From Macrostomum lignano (Eukaryota), in contig NIVC01003723.1 in the NCBI GenBank assembly GCA_002269645.1, forward strand, positions 16,559 to 80,558: a stretch of 64,000 bases of DNA, read 5' to 3'. The notes beneath the pieces were generated by a model. It was not told the DNA's origin. It was given only the letters and a program-made list of their open reading frames with translations, and searched no databases. How positions within the stretch are numbered: position 1 is the stretch's first letter; every line of letters begins with the position of its first letter. A program made the position numbers and the translations under genes. Of this stretch, positions 1-13,600 are shown piece after piece.

Positions 1-136
1 AATGGGATCAGTGATTGTGAGATTGGGATCAGTGATTCTCAGATCGGGATCAGAGAATAACTCTTAAGACACAAAATCAACGAAACTACTAATCTGAAAA
101 CTTCTAAACCAAAAGCTTACTAATCTTGCCTTCCAG

Positions 137-2899
137 TTCGACATCCTGGGCAACAAACGGGAGGGCGACAATTTCCAGCGGATGTGGAGCGAGCTGCTGC
201 AGCTGGCCGATATTGAAGCCAGGCGAAAGGAAATTGAAGAATTTAATAAGGTGAAAGAGCTGGTGTTGTGTCTATTGTTGGGTATTATCTATTCTGTGTC
301 TATTGTTGTTTATCTGTTGTTGCACTCCTTTTATACCGAATGCCACTTCTATTATACAGAATGTCACTCCAGTTATACAGAATGTCACTCCTGTTATAAA
401 TAATGTCACTCCTGTTATACAAATGTCACTCCTGTTGTAAGTAATATCACTCCTGTTGTACAGAATATCACTCCTATTATACAAAATGTCACTCCTGTTA
501 TACAGAATGTCACTCCTGTTATACAGAATGTCACTCCTATTATACAGAATGTCACTCCTATTATACAGAATGCCACTACTGTTATACAGAATGTCACTCC
601 AGTTATACAGAATGTCACTCCTGTTATACAGAATGTCACTCCTGTTATACAGAATGTCACTCCTGTTATACAGAATGTCACTCCTATTATACAGAATGTC
701 ACTCCTATTATACAGAATGCCACTACTGTTATACAGAATGTCACTCCAGTTATACAGAATGTCACTCCTGTTATACAGAATGTCACTCCTGTTATACAGA
801 ATGTCACTCCTGTTATACAGAATGCCACTACTGTTATACAGAATGTCACTCCTGTTGTACAGAATGTCACTCCTTGCTCACCCCAGGCCAACACATTTCG
901 CAAGCGCGGCCTGGACATGACTGCTGTGTCCTATCAGATCGGCTACGATCGCGGGCGGCCCTCGCAGGTGTACCTGACTGTCCAGGGCTCCGACGGCAGC
1001 GTCACCCTGACCCACAGCGGTGCCGAGATGGGTCAGGGCCTCGGGGTCAAGTGCGCCCAAGCTGTAGCCGCCAAGCTCAATATCGACCTGACTCTGATCA
1101 AACTCAAGCCCACGGATAGTCACGTGACGCCTAATAATGACGTCACCGGGGGCAGCTCGACTAGCGAGTGGAACTGCCAGGCAGCGGTGAACGCCGCGGA
1201 GCAGATCAACCAGCGGCTGGAGACGCTCAGGGCTGCCAATCCACAGGACTCTTGGCCGGCTCTGGTGGGCAAGGCTGTGTCCGCCGGGATCTGCTTGGCC
1301 GCAATGGGAGTGTGAGGATTTTGGGGTTGGGATTTTAGATTGTGGGATTGGGATTTTAGATTGTGGGATTGGGATTCTAAATTGTGGGATTGGGATTCTA
1401 GATTGTGGGATTGGGATTCTAGATTGTGGGATTGGGATTCTAGATTGTGGGATTGGGATTTTAGATTGTGGGATTGGGATTTTAGATTGTGGGATTGGGA
1501 TTTTAGATTGTGGGATTGGGATTCTAAATTGTGGGATTGGGATTCTAGATTGTGGGATTGGGATTCTAGATTGTGGGATTGGGATTCTAGATTGTGGGGT
1601 TGGGATTTTAGATTGTGGGATTGGGATTCTAGATTTTAGGATTGGGATTCTAGATTTTAGGATTGGGATTCTAGATTTTAGGATTGGGATTCTAGATTTT
1701 AGGATTGGGATTCTAGATTTTAGGATTGGGATTCTAGATTTTAGGATTGGGATTCTAGATTTTAGGATTGGGATTCTAGATTTTAGGATTAGGATTCTAG
1801 ATTTTGGGGTTGGAATTTCAAATTGTGGGATTGGGACTTTAGACTTTGGTTCGGAATTTTAGATTGTGGGATTGGGATTCCACAATCTCAATTCTATATA
1901 GAGATTTTATATCACCTAGCTTAATGGAGTCAACTGGTTCAGAGATGTTGAACTTGAAATCTCAAACCAACCCTGTCGCAGGTTCACGGCAGACAACGCC
2001 GGTCGCAAGGCCGGTCGCTACTGCAGCACCGGGGTCGGCGCCGTGGAAGCCGAGGTCGACGTCCTCACGGGCCTCTACGAGATCCGCCGAGTGGACATCA
2101 CCATGGACGTGGGCCGGTCCATCAACCCAGGGGTGGACATTGGCCAGATTGAAGGCGCCTTCGTCATGGGCATGGGCTACTACCTGATGGAGCGGACCGT
2201 CTATGATGCCGATTCTGGGCGGAACCTCACCGACTCCACCTGGGAGTACAAGGTGCCGCAGGCGGCCGATACGCCTAGGGATTTCCGGGTGCACATTTTG
2301 AAGGTGAATAGGCTTGTGCTGTGTCGGGATTTCTATATCTTATTCCAAAACTCCAAGATCCCCAATCTCAAAACGCAGAGATCTTCCGATTCCAAAAGTG
2401 AAATATCCCAAATCCCAAAAATGAAATATCCCAAATCCCAAAACTCAAAGATCCCCAATCAACCAATCAACTGAAAGATCCTAAATCCCCAAACTGAAAT
2501 ATCCTAATCCAAAAACTCAAAAATCCCCAATCACAAAACTGAAATATCCCCAATCCTGAAGCTCAAAGATCCCCAATCCCGAAACTCAAAGATCCCAATC
2601 TCAAAACTAAACCAAAACTGAAATATCCCCAATCCCAAGACTCAGATCCCACCCACCAATGCTTTCCCCAGAGCACCAGCAACCCGGCAGCCGCCATGAG
2701 CACGAAGGCCATCGGCGAGCCGCCGATCTGCCTGGCGCCGTTGTGCGTCACAGCCATCAAGCGCGCCGTGGAGGCCTATCGTGAGGCCCGGGGCAAGCCG
2801 AGGCGCCATCTGACGTTCGACATGCCGCTGACGCCCGAGCGGGTGCTCATGCTGTGCGAGACCTCCGAGCAGGACCGACTCGTGGCTCGAGAAACCTGA
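137..2899 (+). CDS. XDH: Xanthine dehydrogenase/aldehyde oxidase family molybdo-flavoenzyme, C-terminal four exons (137-250, 887-1311, 1982-2303, 2672-2899); 5' part lies outside the window
   Basis: Spliced translation contains MoCo-binding-domain motifs EMGQGL, TGGSSTSE, EVDVLTG, DIGQIEGAFVMGMG, WEYKVP and KAIGEPP (catalytic Glu), ending PERVLMLC...*. All junctions are GT-AG and phase-consistent. An AOX-type paralogue is not excluded. Confidence 0.92.
330..873. repeat. 21-bp minisatellite (GTTATACAGAATGTCACTCCT)n filling an XDH intron
   Basis: About 25 direct copies; the array ends a few bases before the CCCCAG acceptor at 886. Confidence 0.95.
1316..1880. repeat. 21-bp minisatellite (TTGTGGGATTGGGATTCTAGA, switching to TTTTAGGATTGGGATTCTAGA) in an XDH intron
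   Basis: Tandem copies start about 4 nt after the GT donor at 1312; the variant switches near 1630. Confidence 0.95.
2340..2650. repeat. Degenerate ~23-bp repeat (AAACTCAAAGATCCCCAATCCC-like) in the last XDH intron
   Basis: Imperfect tandem copies, related to the reverse complement of the 1316-1880 array and to the 10790-11150 array. Confidence 0.75.
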
Positions 2900-2904
2900 T
2901 TGAT

Positions 2905-3125
2905 TTGATTTGACAACTGATCCTGACATACTGACAACTGATCCTGACATACTGACAACTGATCCTGACACTACTGACAACTGATCCTGACACTTCTGAC
3001 AACTGATCCTGACACTTCTGACAACTGATCCTGATATACTGACAACTGATCCTGACATGCTGACAACTGATCCTGACATGCTGACAACTGATCCTGACAC
3101 TACTGACAACTGATCCTGACAAATC
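2905..3125. repeat. 21-23-bp minisatellite (TGACAACTGATCCTGACATAC)n immediately after the XDH stop codon
   Basis: About 10 copies starting ~10 nt after the TGA at 2897-2899. Confidence 0.9.
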
Positions 3126-3499
3126 CCTATTCCTGACATTAGTTTTCTTCATACCATTTATTCTGGTGACCGGTTTTCTCGCAACTTCGATGCTTTTCTT
3201 TAAATTAGAAATATTTACAATAGTAACTTTATAAATCATAAATATCAACATCTAACGAGACCAATGCTAGCGTTCGAGCACGAATTATCTATCTATGAAT
3301 ATTTTAAAAACGTAAGAAATATTTGTTTCTTTATTATTCTGTTCTGTTACCCTAATTGTTCAAAAAATATACGTTCATAAAAGTCAATACAAGGCTTAAT
3401 CTACTAAATTCAGATATTCCTTGTCTGACGCGAATTGTACCTGAAAAAAGTCGCTGTTCGAGGGAACTGGGGACAATTTGACCAGCTAATTTTCATGCA

Positions 3500-4445
3500 C
3501 CGTGTCTGCTCTGTGTCTATCCGCTGTGTCTCACCCTCTCTCACCCTCTATCCGCTGTGTCTCACCCTCTATCCGCTGTGTCTCACCCTCTCTCCGCTGT
3601 GTCTCGCCCTCTTATCTGATGCGGCTCACCCTCTATCCGCTGTGGCTCACCCTCTATCCGCTGTGTCTCACCCTCTATCCGCTGTGTCTCACCCTCTATC
3701 CGCTGTGGCTCACCCTCTATCCGCTGTGGCTCACCCTCTATCCGCTGTGTCTCACCCTCTATCCGCTGTGTCTCACCCTCTATCCGCTGTGGCTCACCCT
3801 CTCTCCGCTGTGTCTCACCCTCTATTCACTGTGTCTCACCCTCTATCCGCTGTGTCTCACCCTCTATTCACTGTGTCTCACCCTCTATCCGCTGTGGCTC
3901 ACCCTCTATCCGCTGTGTCTCACCCTCTATCCGCTGTGTCTCACCCTCTATCCGCTGTGTCTCACCCTCTTATCTGATGTGGCTCACCCTCTATCCGCTG
4001 TGTCTCACCCTCTCTCCGCTATGTCTCACCCTCTATCCGCTGTGTCTCACCCTCTCTCCGCTGTGTCTCACCCTCTATCCGCTGTGTCTCACCCTCTATC
4101 CGCTGTGTCTCACCCTCTATCCGCTGTGTCTCACCCTCTATCAGCTGTGTCTCACCCTCTATCCGTTGTGTCTCACCCCTCTCTCCGCTGTGTCTCACCC
4201 TATATCAGCTGTGTCTCACCCCTCTATCAGCTGTGTCTCACCCTCCTATCTGATGTGGCTCACCTTCTATCCGCTGTGTCTCACCCTCTATCCGCTGTGT
4301 CTCACCCTCTATCCGCTGTGTCTCACCCTCTATCCGCTGTGTCTCACCCTCTATCCGCTGTGTCTCACCTTCTATCCGCTGTGTCTCACCCTCTATCCGC
4401 TGTCTCACCCTCTATCCGCTGTGTCTCACCCTCTATCCGCTGTCT
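3500..4445. repeat. 21-bp minisatellite (CTCTATCCGCTGTGTCTCACC)n
   Basis: About 45 copies; accounts for the SHPLSAV and LTLYPLC pseudo-ORFs. Confidence 0.95.
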
Positions 4446-5129
4446 TCCCTACAGTATTGCAAACCGCGTATTTAACAATAAACATTAAAAAGCTTTAATT
4501 GTCAAACTTACAATCAGAGTTTTTAATTACCAAAATCTTACATGATCGCATTTTTTGAAGCTAGGAATTCGAAAACTAGATACTATATTATTTATATTAA
4601 CTTCTGCCTATTTAAATAACGGCCTAAAAGATAAAAATTTTGAGCAGAGACTTACGAGTAATTAATGACGCCAATACAAATTGATGTAATGCGTTTTACA
4701 TCGTTATTCGTTACTAATTCGTTAGTAGTCATTGTGCTGTCTTGACCGGGTGCCCTTGAATTTAGTAACGCAATGGTGCAGCTTAAGGATATCCCATTTA
4801 AATTACTATAATATATAATGTTACACTATACACCTATTATTTACGAGTATATGGGTGATTTCAATATTACTATATGCATCAAATTAAGAATTTTCGCCGA
4901 TCGGGAGGCGAATCGCAAGTGTAGATGTTTTATTCTGACAATGGTAATAATACAAGCTGTACGTGCAGAAACACACAAACCCGTACACATATTGGTGTTA
5001 CAATAGGAAGCAAGCAATTGAAGTAAGGGTTGTGATGATTAAAAGTAAAGTCAAAAGCAATATTTAGCATGGGCTCAATGCTGTTGCTATATATAGAATT
5101 TTATTTACTTCATTTTTTTACAAAATTTT

Positions 5130-7580
5130 CTATTGTGGGTTCACTATGTAAGAGTGAAGCTGCAGAACAATAGAAAATTGTATTTGAGTACAAATCTGAA
5201 GTTGAGAAGCAGCCTGAAATGAAGACCTCCGCGTCGTTGCGGTAGCCGCGAGCCACCAGGCGGAGTTCTGCAGGCGAGCACGCGGAGGATGGTCGGAATG
5301 ACCATAGCAGAGAACTCCGTCCTCGACAATTAGAGCATTCCGGGCCGCTTTGAACGGTCTCTCAGCTGGGGAGCTGCTCGACCATATTTGTTGGTGACGA
5401 CTCGCTTTGTGACATCCATCAGCAGCCTCTCCCTCTGGGTTTCGGCCTTGAGCTCCTGCCATGGGATTACAGCCTCTGCTGTCCGGTGGATAACGCTGTC
5501 GAGCTGCTGCTCTGCACCCTGGTTCTCGAAGCTGTCACCATTAAAGTCTAGCCGTTACAGCGCATCGTCATGCGGGATTGACTCGCCCTTCGTGTAGACG
5601 ATATGGTAGTCGAAAGTCATTAGTTTTATGGCCCACTGAAGCAGCCTGGCGTTTGCGACTTTCGGCATTTGGCGTCTCGGAGCCAAAGCTGAACTCCAGC
5701 GGGCGGTGATCGGTTCTTAGAGTAAATCAAGATCCCAGCAGGAACAAGGATAACTAAAGTAGTCTTTGAGCATGAATTACTTGGCACGCTTCAGGACCCA
5801 GACGACTTGCGAGTGCCTCTCTTGCTATGTTTGAGTAGCGCGCCCGATCGATGGTGCTCAGTCGCCTGCTGAAATACATTATTGGGTGACCATCTTGTGA
5901 CGGAATCTGACGAGCGTCGTTTCCTTGCGCTTGTTGTACGGCTTGATGGAGAATGTCCTTGATCAGCGAGAATGTTGCTTGCGAAGCAGGACCCCCGTTG
6001 AACTCAGCTGCTCGGGCGCCCAGCTGATTGAGCGGCTCGACGATATCAAAGTAGCTCCTGATGAACCGCTCAAATAATTTCGCGAGTCCTAGGAAAGATT
6101 CTAACTGCTTCGTGTCCTTGAGTGGTTTTACCGAGCAGATTTTCACCACCAGGTCCGGGTCCGGCGTGATTCCGGCGGCGCTAATCTTGTAGCCAAGGAA
6201 CGAAAGGGGGTGTCAACTTAAGGCTCTAGAATGGAACCCAAAGAAAGGCTCCAGACCAAACCGACTGGAATCGATAACTGGTCGGACCAGGTGACTAGAA
6301 TCGCCGAGACATCCCATCCGGGTCCCTTTCCTTGGGGTCCCAGGGGATAAAGGGGGTAAAATGGGGATCTCTTGTCAACTTAAGGCTCTAGAATGGAACC
6401 CAAAGAAAGGCTCCAGACCAAACCGACTGGAATCGATAACTGGTCGGACCAGGTGACTAGAATCGCCGAGACATCCCATCCGGGTCCCTTTCCTTGGGGT
6501 CCCAGGGGATAAAGGGGGTAAAATGGGGATCTCTTGTCAACTTAAGGCTCTAGAATGGAACCTAAAGAAAGGCTCCAGACCAAACCGACTGGAATCGATA
6601 ACTGGTCGGACCAGGTGACTAGAATCGCCGAGACATCCCATCCGGTCTCTTCCTTTGGGTCGTTACGACAGTTGCTAGCTGCACAGTTGGTGTTAGCTCA
6701 TGGGATGTGCTTTGGTGCCGTAAAAGTAGCGTAGAGACCGCCTAGAGTTAACGGTGCGGTTGAAAACTTCTGCAAAGAGATGCTGAAGATACGATTATCC
6801 GGAACCTGAAGATACGATTATCCGGAACTCCTATGGGAAGCTCCTCCGTGCTAGTCAGGCAACTACCTCACGTACGAGTGTAAATTCGCTTAGGCAATGA
6901 CGCTGCAGCTGCAACTCTGGCAGAATGCACTGTAGCAACTCGTTCATACAGTGTTGCTGTCTTGGTGCACTGCTGCGGATAGCTTCGACAAGTTGATCTA
7001 CGCTTGCTGGTCCAGTCGCCATAGACGTCATCAGGTTGGTCATTGCAGTATTCACTGCCCCACCTCTGACCGGCTGAAAGAGCTGGACTTTGCTGCTGAT
7101 GCAGTGAAGCAGTGCAACAACAATTGCGTTGCACTGCTGACCATGGTTTTGAAGATCAAAGAGTCTTGAAGACTGAGGCTTGGATCGTGAGCTGCTGCTG
7201 GCTGACTGAAACTCCTCTTGCTGGCCGCTAGACTGTTGCTCAGTAGGCTTTCGCTGCTGTGGCAAAGCATTTTCTCTGGCATAAAGAATGGCAACAAGGC
7301 CGCGTAGAAGAGCGGAATCAACAAAGCGAAGGCTAACACCAGACCTTCGATAGCTATCTTGGTGGTAAGCGTAGCAGCCCAGGAGCTTGAGCACTGCCAT
7401 TACACGACTTCCAGCTTTTGCAGACGAGTAGCAGCCATGAAAAAGTTGCAATCCTGGATCTCTAAAACCAAAGCGATTTTCCGCTGCTGTGTCACACACT
7501 CTGAGAATCACGCGGTAGGATTCCGAATTGTGGCGCTAGAAAACGACAGCTAGAAAAATCCAAGACGGATGCCACCAGTA
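5130..7580 (-). mobile_element. Decayed Ty3/Gypsy LTR retrotransposon: gag-like segment (~6855-7511) and pol fragments (RT end, RNase H, start of integrase region; ~5130-6205)
   Basis: Minus-strand peptides FLGYKISAAGITPDPD, LESFLGLAKLFERFI, GHPIMYFSRRLS, YSNIAREALA and LIVEDGVLCYG are typical Gypsy pol segments, broken by frameshifts and stops. A PBS-like TGGTGGCATC lies at 7568-7577 (-). The gag call is weaker. Confidence 0.75.
6211..6669 (+). repeat. 162-bp unit repeated about 2.8 times, bounded by TGTC...GACA, interrupting the Gypsy RT; LTR-like
   Basis: Near-identical units start at 6211, 6373 and 6535; the block ends ...GTTACGACA at 6669. Confidence 0.85.
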
Positions 7581-9479
7581 GTAATTAAAAATTACACAGA
7601 GAGCCGTTTTTTCCATTACGAATCAATGGGTAAGTAAGGTACCGAACCAACCGCTAGTGCTTTCTACAGAAATTGCAACTATTCTATCCACATTTCCATT
7701 CACAAAGAACGAAAGAAAAGATCTTTTTCATCAACCAACAACCTCTCAACAGAAACACGATCTCTATCCGATGTATAGGCTAGGCAGGATAGCTGCGTTA
7801 GAAGAATCGAGGCAAGCAAATAAGTGTCGCAAGCCCGAGTTCCTTCCTAGACAATTTCATGCGAACGCTTACCACACACATCGAAGAGAGGGGCACGACT
7901 ATAGCTGCGAGGAAAACGCAGACAAAAGCTTGAAAACCGAGAGCGAAAAGCCGAACGTTCACCCCCCCCCTCGCGAGAGTATGTACATCAAACCCAAATT
8001 TGAGGGGTGGGGTGTTGGGAGACGTGGCCTACGTTAGAAATCGGATTCCAACTGGACTAGTTCGCGCAAATGGGCTGCCTTCTTTACAAGAATGCCGAAG
8101 CCACGGAGCGCAAGTGCGCAACGCTAGGGCCATCGAGACCGAGAGCCTGCAATCCAGCCAGGAAAAAACAAGCGAAGCTCTTAAGTCCGTAGCCATTGCC
8201 TTTGACCGCACCGAGTCGTCAATCGCGCTATTAAGAAAGCCTGCTATACTGCAGCCATACTGATCTATAAATTTGTTAAGTTTTCGAGATGCCACAAGTA
8301 AGATACTCGTACTTTAAAGAAAATATGTCCAATTTTTAATTCCAAACTTATTCTTGAATTTTGCGTCAAAAATCCAGGAGCGGTACCGACTCGCCGGTCA
8401 TTCGGTACATTCGGTTTATTTTAGCTATAAAAGAAATATACAAGAAACTAAAAAAACAGCGTACGTACAACAGTTGTTATTCAAAGCATACTCTACTAAA
8501 TTACATCAATAGTCCAAAGTTTTAAGTATCGATTCAAACCTCAGCTTTTCTTCACTTAATTGTCCATCGTCAAATCAAAGTATTCCACCGACTTTATCTG
8601 AGCACTTCCTCCCTCGTGGATATTCAAAGCGATAGCCGTTACTCCCGATCTGAACTATCTCCACACGAACATGTCCTTGTTTAAGGCATCCGATCGTGCA
8701 TTCGTAGCCTGGTGGGGGTGTTAAATACCCCGTTTCTTCTTGCTGCAAGAAGTAGAAAGGCAGGACGTTACTGCAAGATCTTTTAAAGATTGTTTTGTTA
8801 AACACAAAGTCAAATATCTGCTTACCTTCTTTGACATATCGCTCTGCTAACGCTTTTCTTTCTTTCGACTTGTCCATTGCTACTATTGTTATTCAAAAAA
8901 ATATTTTTCAAGAACGCGGCAAAGTTGGAATTGTTGGACTCCATCTCTTCTCCTTTTATATACAAATTGTTTACACAGTGCCAGGGAATCCTCTTTGGTT
9001 GCTTCGCTTCCCCAGGAAGCGACACTCACTCTGGCCACCCCCTCCGCTGTACAAGGTTAAGTCTCGTTTTTCGAGCTGTGTGGGAAGAAGGGTCCAGTCC
9101 ACAGACCACTAAGTATAACTAGACTGCGCATGTGGGGCAAGAAATGTGTGCCTCTTTCCAAGTAGGAAAAATGGCACCCCAGCTCCCACCCCCTCACGAT
9201 CGATATTTTTGGCGTCCCTTCCCTTCCTACCCCTTGCAGTCATTGGGCCCGCTGTATTAATTGTTGTCTTTTGCCATGGAACACGGATTGCTAACCATTT
9301 AACCAACTTTATGTGCAACTAGCAATTTAACAGTTTAAATTCAGTATTACTCGTATTTTACGATTTATTTATTAAAAACTAAAAAAACCGTACAAAAACG
9401 CTGGCAGACAAAATAAGACTCTTCGAGCTGATAGCATAGAAGCAATAATAAAAGTAGATGAATAGCTCACCTGGTTCCG

Positions 9480-9985
9480 AATAGACTATAAATTAAGAAA
9501 TATCGCTGCTCGAAGTAGTATCTGCCTCCTTCCGGGTCTTCTACCTGCGCGAAAAAGTTCTTTAGCTTTAGCCTAGTTTTTTCATTCTGATATTTATGAA
9601 GAGCATGGCCATGACTCGAATTAAATGGAGCTTGTGCGACTCGATGCAGTGCTGCTCGCGGATGCCGAATTCGAGTCAAGCTCAGGGAACAGAACAGCTA
9701 CGTCACTGGAGAATTGGCTGTTATAGCTGACACGTCGAATAACAGACTCAGCACTGAGCAGCACACGGAAGACATCGCTGCTGGGAAAAATCAAGCCGCC
9801 AGTTCCTTCCTTCTTCAAAACATTCTTCAAGGCAACAAGTGAGCAAGGGGCACGAAAAGCTGGTGGCGTCTCGGAGCTGGCAGTCAGAGCTGACCTGCAC
9901 AGAGCACATTCGACAACTTTCAACATGCTTTGCACAACTGCTCCGGCAATATAGTACACAATAGACTGGAAAATCTCACAATTAG
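9480..9985 (-). pseudogene. P-element/THAP9-like transposase C-terminal fragment
   Basis: YYIAGAVVQSMLKVVECALCRSAL...GGLIFPSSDVFRVL matches the YIAG-CxxC-GGLxxPS C-terminal signature of P-element-like transposases; no upstream part is found. Confidence 0.65.
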
Positions 9986-9995
9986 ATGCATTCAT

Positions 9996-10343
9996 ACAGT
10001 GTCTCACCCTCTCTCCGCTGTGTCTCACCCTCTAACCGCTGTGTCTCACCCTCTATTCACTGTGTCTCACCCTCTATTCACTGTGTCTCATCCTCTATCC
10101 ACTGTGTCTCACCCTCTATCCGCTGTGTCTCACCCCTTATCCACTGTGTCTGACCCTCTATCCACTGTGTCTCACCCTCTATCCACTGTGTCTCACCCTC
10201 TATTCACTGTGTCTCACCCTCTATCCACTGTGTCTCACCCTCTATCCACTGTGTCTCACCCTCTATCCACTGTGTCTCACCCTCTATCCACTGTGTCTCA
10301 CCCTCTATCCACTGTGTCTCACCCTCTATTTGCTGTGTCTCAC
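9996..10343. repeat. 21-bp minisatellite (CTCTATCCACTGTGTCTCACC)n, same family as 3500-4445
   Basis: About 16 copies, same orientation, mostly the G>A variant. Confidence 0.95.
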
Positions 10344-10655
10344 ACTCCTATAAAGTTTTCCTACTGCTTTGTCGCACCTCCAATCATGCCCGTGTATGCT
10401 TCCACAGTTTTGCAATCGTTTTAAAAACAGATTAAATAAAAGCGGCACCCGGTCAAAGTAAGTTTCCTCTAGTAATTTGAGAAGTATTTAATTTCATTAA
10501 GTATATTTTTCATAATATTATTTTGCAATGAAATTTTCACAACAGCATTATAACAGCATTAGTAACATTTAATAATCTTATTCTAACATACGGAAAAAAC
10601 TACAGTAAATAAACCAAACACTAGAGCCAAAATCCAAATTTGAAACTGTTCAATA

Positions 10656-13600
10656 TTACTTCTCAACTCCGTTCACTGTCACGACTATGTTTCGAGAACC
10701 TGCGATGGGGCAAATTGGGGTTGATAACGCGAGTGTTGCGAGCAGTATGACACCAAAAAGTAACAGTCAGACTGAAGCTGAAAGTTTCATTAACAATCAA
10801 TCCCAAAACTCAAAGATCCCCAATCCCAAAACTGAAAGATCCCTAATCACAAAACTAAAAGATCCCTAATCCCAAAACTCAAAGATCCCCAATCCCAAAA
10901 CTCAAAGATCCCCAATCCCAAAACTCAAAGATCCCCAATCCCAAAACTCAAAGATCCCTAATCCCAAAACTAAAAGATCCCTAATCCCAAAACTCAAAGA
11001 TCCCCAATCCCAAAACTGAAAGATCCCCAAATCCCAAAACTCAACGATCATGATTCCAAAACAGAAAGATCCCAATGCTAACTTATTGATACCAATCCTA
11101 AAACTCAAAGATCTCCGATTCCAAAAATCAAAGATACCAAAGATCCCAGTGAAAAGCAGATTAGCGAGGCCAGACACAAAGCAGACTCACTTTTATGATT
11201 CCTGTGCTCGCACAACCAAATACCCTGCCAGGTGCCCAGGCACATCTGGCCATTGCTGATGGGTATGGTGAGGCTGCAGCCAAGGATGGCAGCTTTGGCG
11301 TGCGCGGGCATGTCGTCGGGGCCTTCGCACGAGTGCTGATAGCGCTGGTCCTGGAGCGAATGAGTGCATGGGTTGATGACAGGGTCTCTAGATTAATAAC
11401 AGGGTCTCTAGATTGATAACAGGGTCTCTAGATTGATAACAGGGTCTCTAGATTGATAATAGGGCCTCTAGATTGATAACACAGGATCTCTAGATTGATA
11501 ACACAGGATCTCTGGATTGATAACACAGGATCTCTAGATTGATAACACAGGATATCTAGATTGATAACACAGGATCTCTAGATTGATAACACAGGATCTC
11601 TAGATTGATAACACAGGATCTCTAGATTGATAACACAGGATATCTAGATTGATAACACAGGATCTCTAGATTGATAACACATGATCTCTAGATTGATAAT
11701 AGGGCCTCTAGATTGATAACACAGGATCTCTAGATTGATAATAGGGCCTCTAGATTGATAACACAGGATCTCTAGATTGATAATAGGGCCTCTAGATTGA
11801 TAACAGGGTCTCTAGATTGATAACAGGGTCTCTAGATTGATAACAGGGTCTCTAGATTGATAACAGGGTCTCTAGATTGATAACAGGGTCTCTAGATTGA
11901 TAATAGGGCCTCTAGATTGATAACACAGGATCTCTAGATTGCTAACAGGGTCTCCAAATTGATAACACAGGATCTCTAGATTGATAACACAGGATCTCTA
12001 GATTGATAACGGAATCGCTAGATTGCTAACAGGGTCTCCAAATTGATAACACAGGATCTCTAGATTGATAACACAGGATCTCTAGATTGATAACGGAATC
12101 GCTAGATTGCTAACAGGGTCTCCAAATTGATAACACAGGATCTCTAGATTGATAACACAGGATCTCTAGATTGATAACACAGGGTCTCCAAATTGATAAC
12201 ACAGGATCTCTAGATTGATAACACAGGATCTCCAGATTGATAACACAGGATCTCTAGATTGATAACACAGGATCTCTAGATTGATAACACAGGATCTCCA
12301 AATTGATAACACAGGATCTCCAAATTGATAACACAGGATCTCTAGATTGATAACACAGGATCTCTAGATTGATAACACAGGATCTCCAAATTGATAACAC
12401 AGGATCTCCAAATTGATAACACAGGATCTCTAGATTGATAACACAGGATCTCCAAATTGATAACACAGGATCTCCAAATTGATAACACAGGATCTCTAGA
12501 TTGATAACACAAGATCTCTAGATTGATAACACAGGATCTCCAGATTGATAACACAGGATCTCTAGATTGATAACACAGGATCTCTAGATTGATAACACAG
12601 GATCTCCAAATTGATAACACAGGATCTCTAGATTGATAACGGAATCGCTAGATTGCTAACAGGATCTCCAAATTGATAACACAGGATCTCTAGATTGATA
12701 ACACAGGATCTCCAAATTGATAACACAGGATCTCCAAATTGATAACACAGGATCTCTAGATTGATAACACAAGATCTCTAGATTGATAACACAGGATCTC
12801 TAGATTGATAACACAGGATCTCTAGATTGATAACACAGGATCTCTAGATTGATAACACAGGATCTCTAGATTGATAACACAGGATCTCTAGATTGATAAC
12901 GGAATCGCTAGATTGCTAACAGGGTCTCCAAATTGATAACACAGGATCTCTAGATTGATAACACAGGGTCTCCAAATTGATAACACAGGGTCTCCAAATT
13001 GATAACACAGGGTCTCCAAATTGATAACACAGGATCTCTAGATTGATAACACAGGGTCTCCAAATTGATAACACAGGATCTCTAGATTGATAACACAGGG
13101 TCTCCAAATTGATAACACAGGATCTCCAAATTGATAACACAGGATCTCTAGATTGATAACACAGGGTCTCCAAATTGATAACACAGGGTCTCCAGATTGA
13201 TAACACAGGATCTCTAGATTGATAACACAGGGTCTCCAAATTGATAACACAGGGTCTCCAGATTGATAACACAGGGTCTCCAAATTGATAACACAGGGTC
13301 TCCAAATTGATAACACAGGGTCTCCAAATTGATAACACAGGGTCTCCAAATTGATAACACAGGGTCTCCAAATTGATAACACAGGGTCTCCAGATTGATA
13401 ACACAGGATCTCTAGATTGATAACACAGGATCTCCAGATTGATAACACAGGATCTCTAGATTGATAACAGGGTCTCTAGATTGATAACACAGGATCTCTA
13501 GATTGATAACAGGGTCTCCAAATTGATAACACAGGGTCTCCAAATTGATAACACAGGGTCTCCAAATTGATAACACAGGGTCTCCAAATTGATAACAGGG

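Noticed and set aside
415-4498. Repetitive ORFs (ITGVTFC, WDWDSRL, SHPLSAV and similar)
   Set aside because: All derive from 21-bp tandem repeats; a unit length divisible by three keeps frames open.
4742-10456. 13-bp inverted match TTGACCGGGTGCC (4742-4754) / GGCACCCGGTCAA (10444-10456) as TIRs of a 5.7-kb transposon
   Set aside because: The match does not extend, there is no target-site duplication, and the contents are heterogeneous; may be chance.
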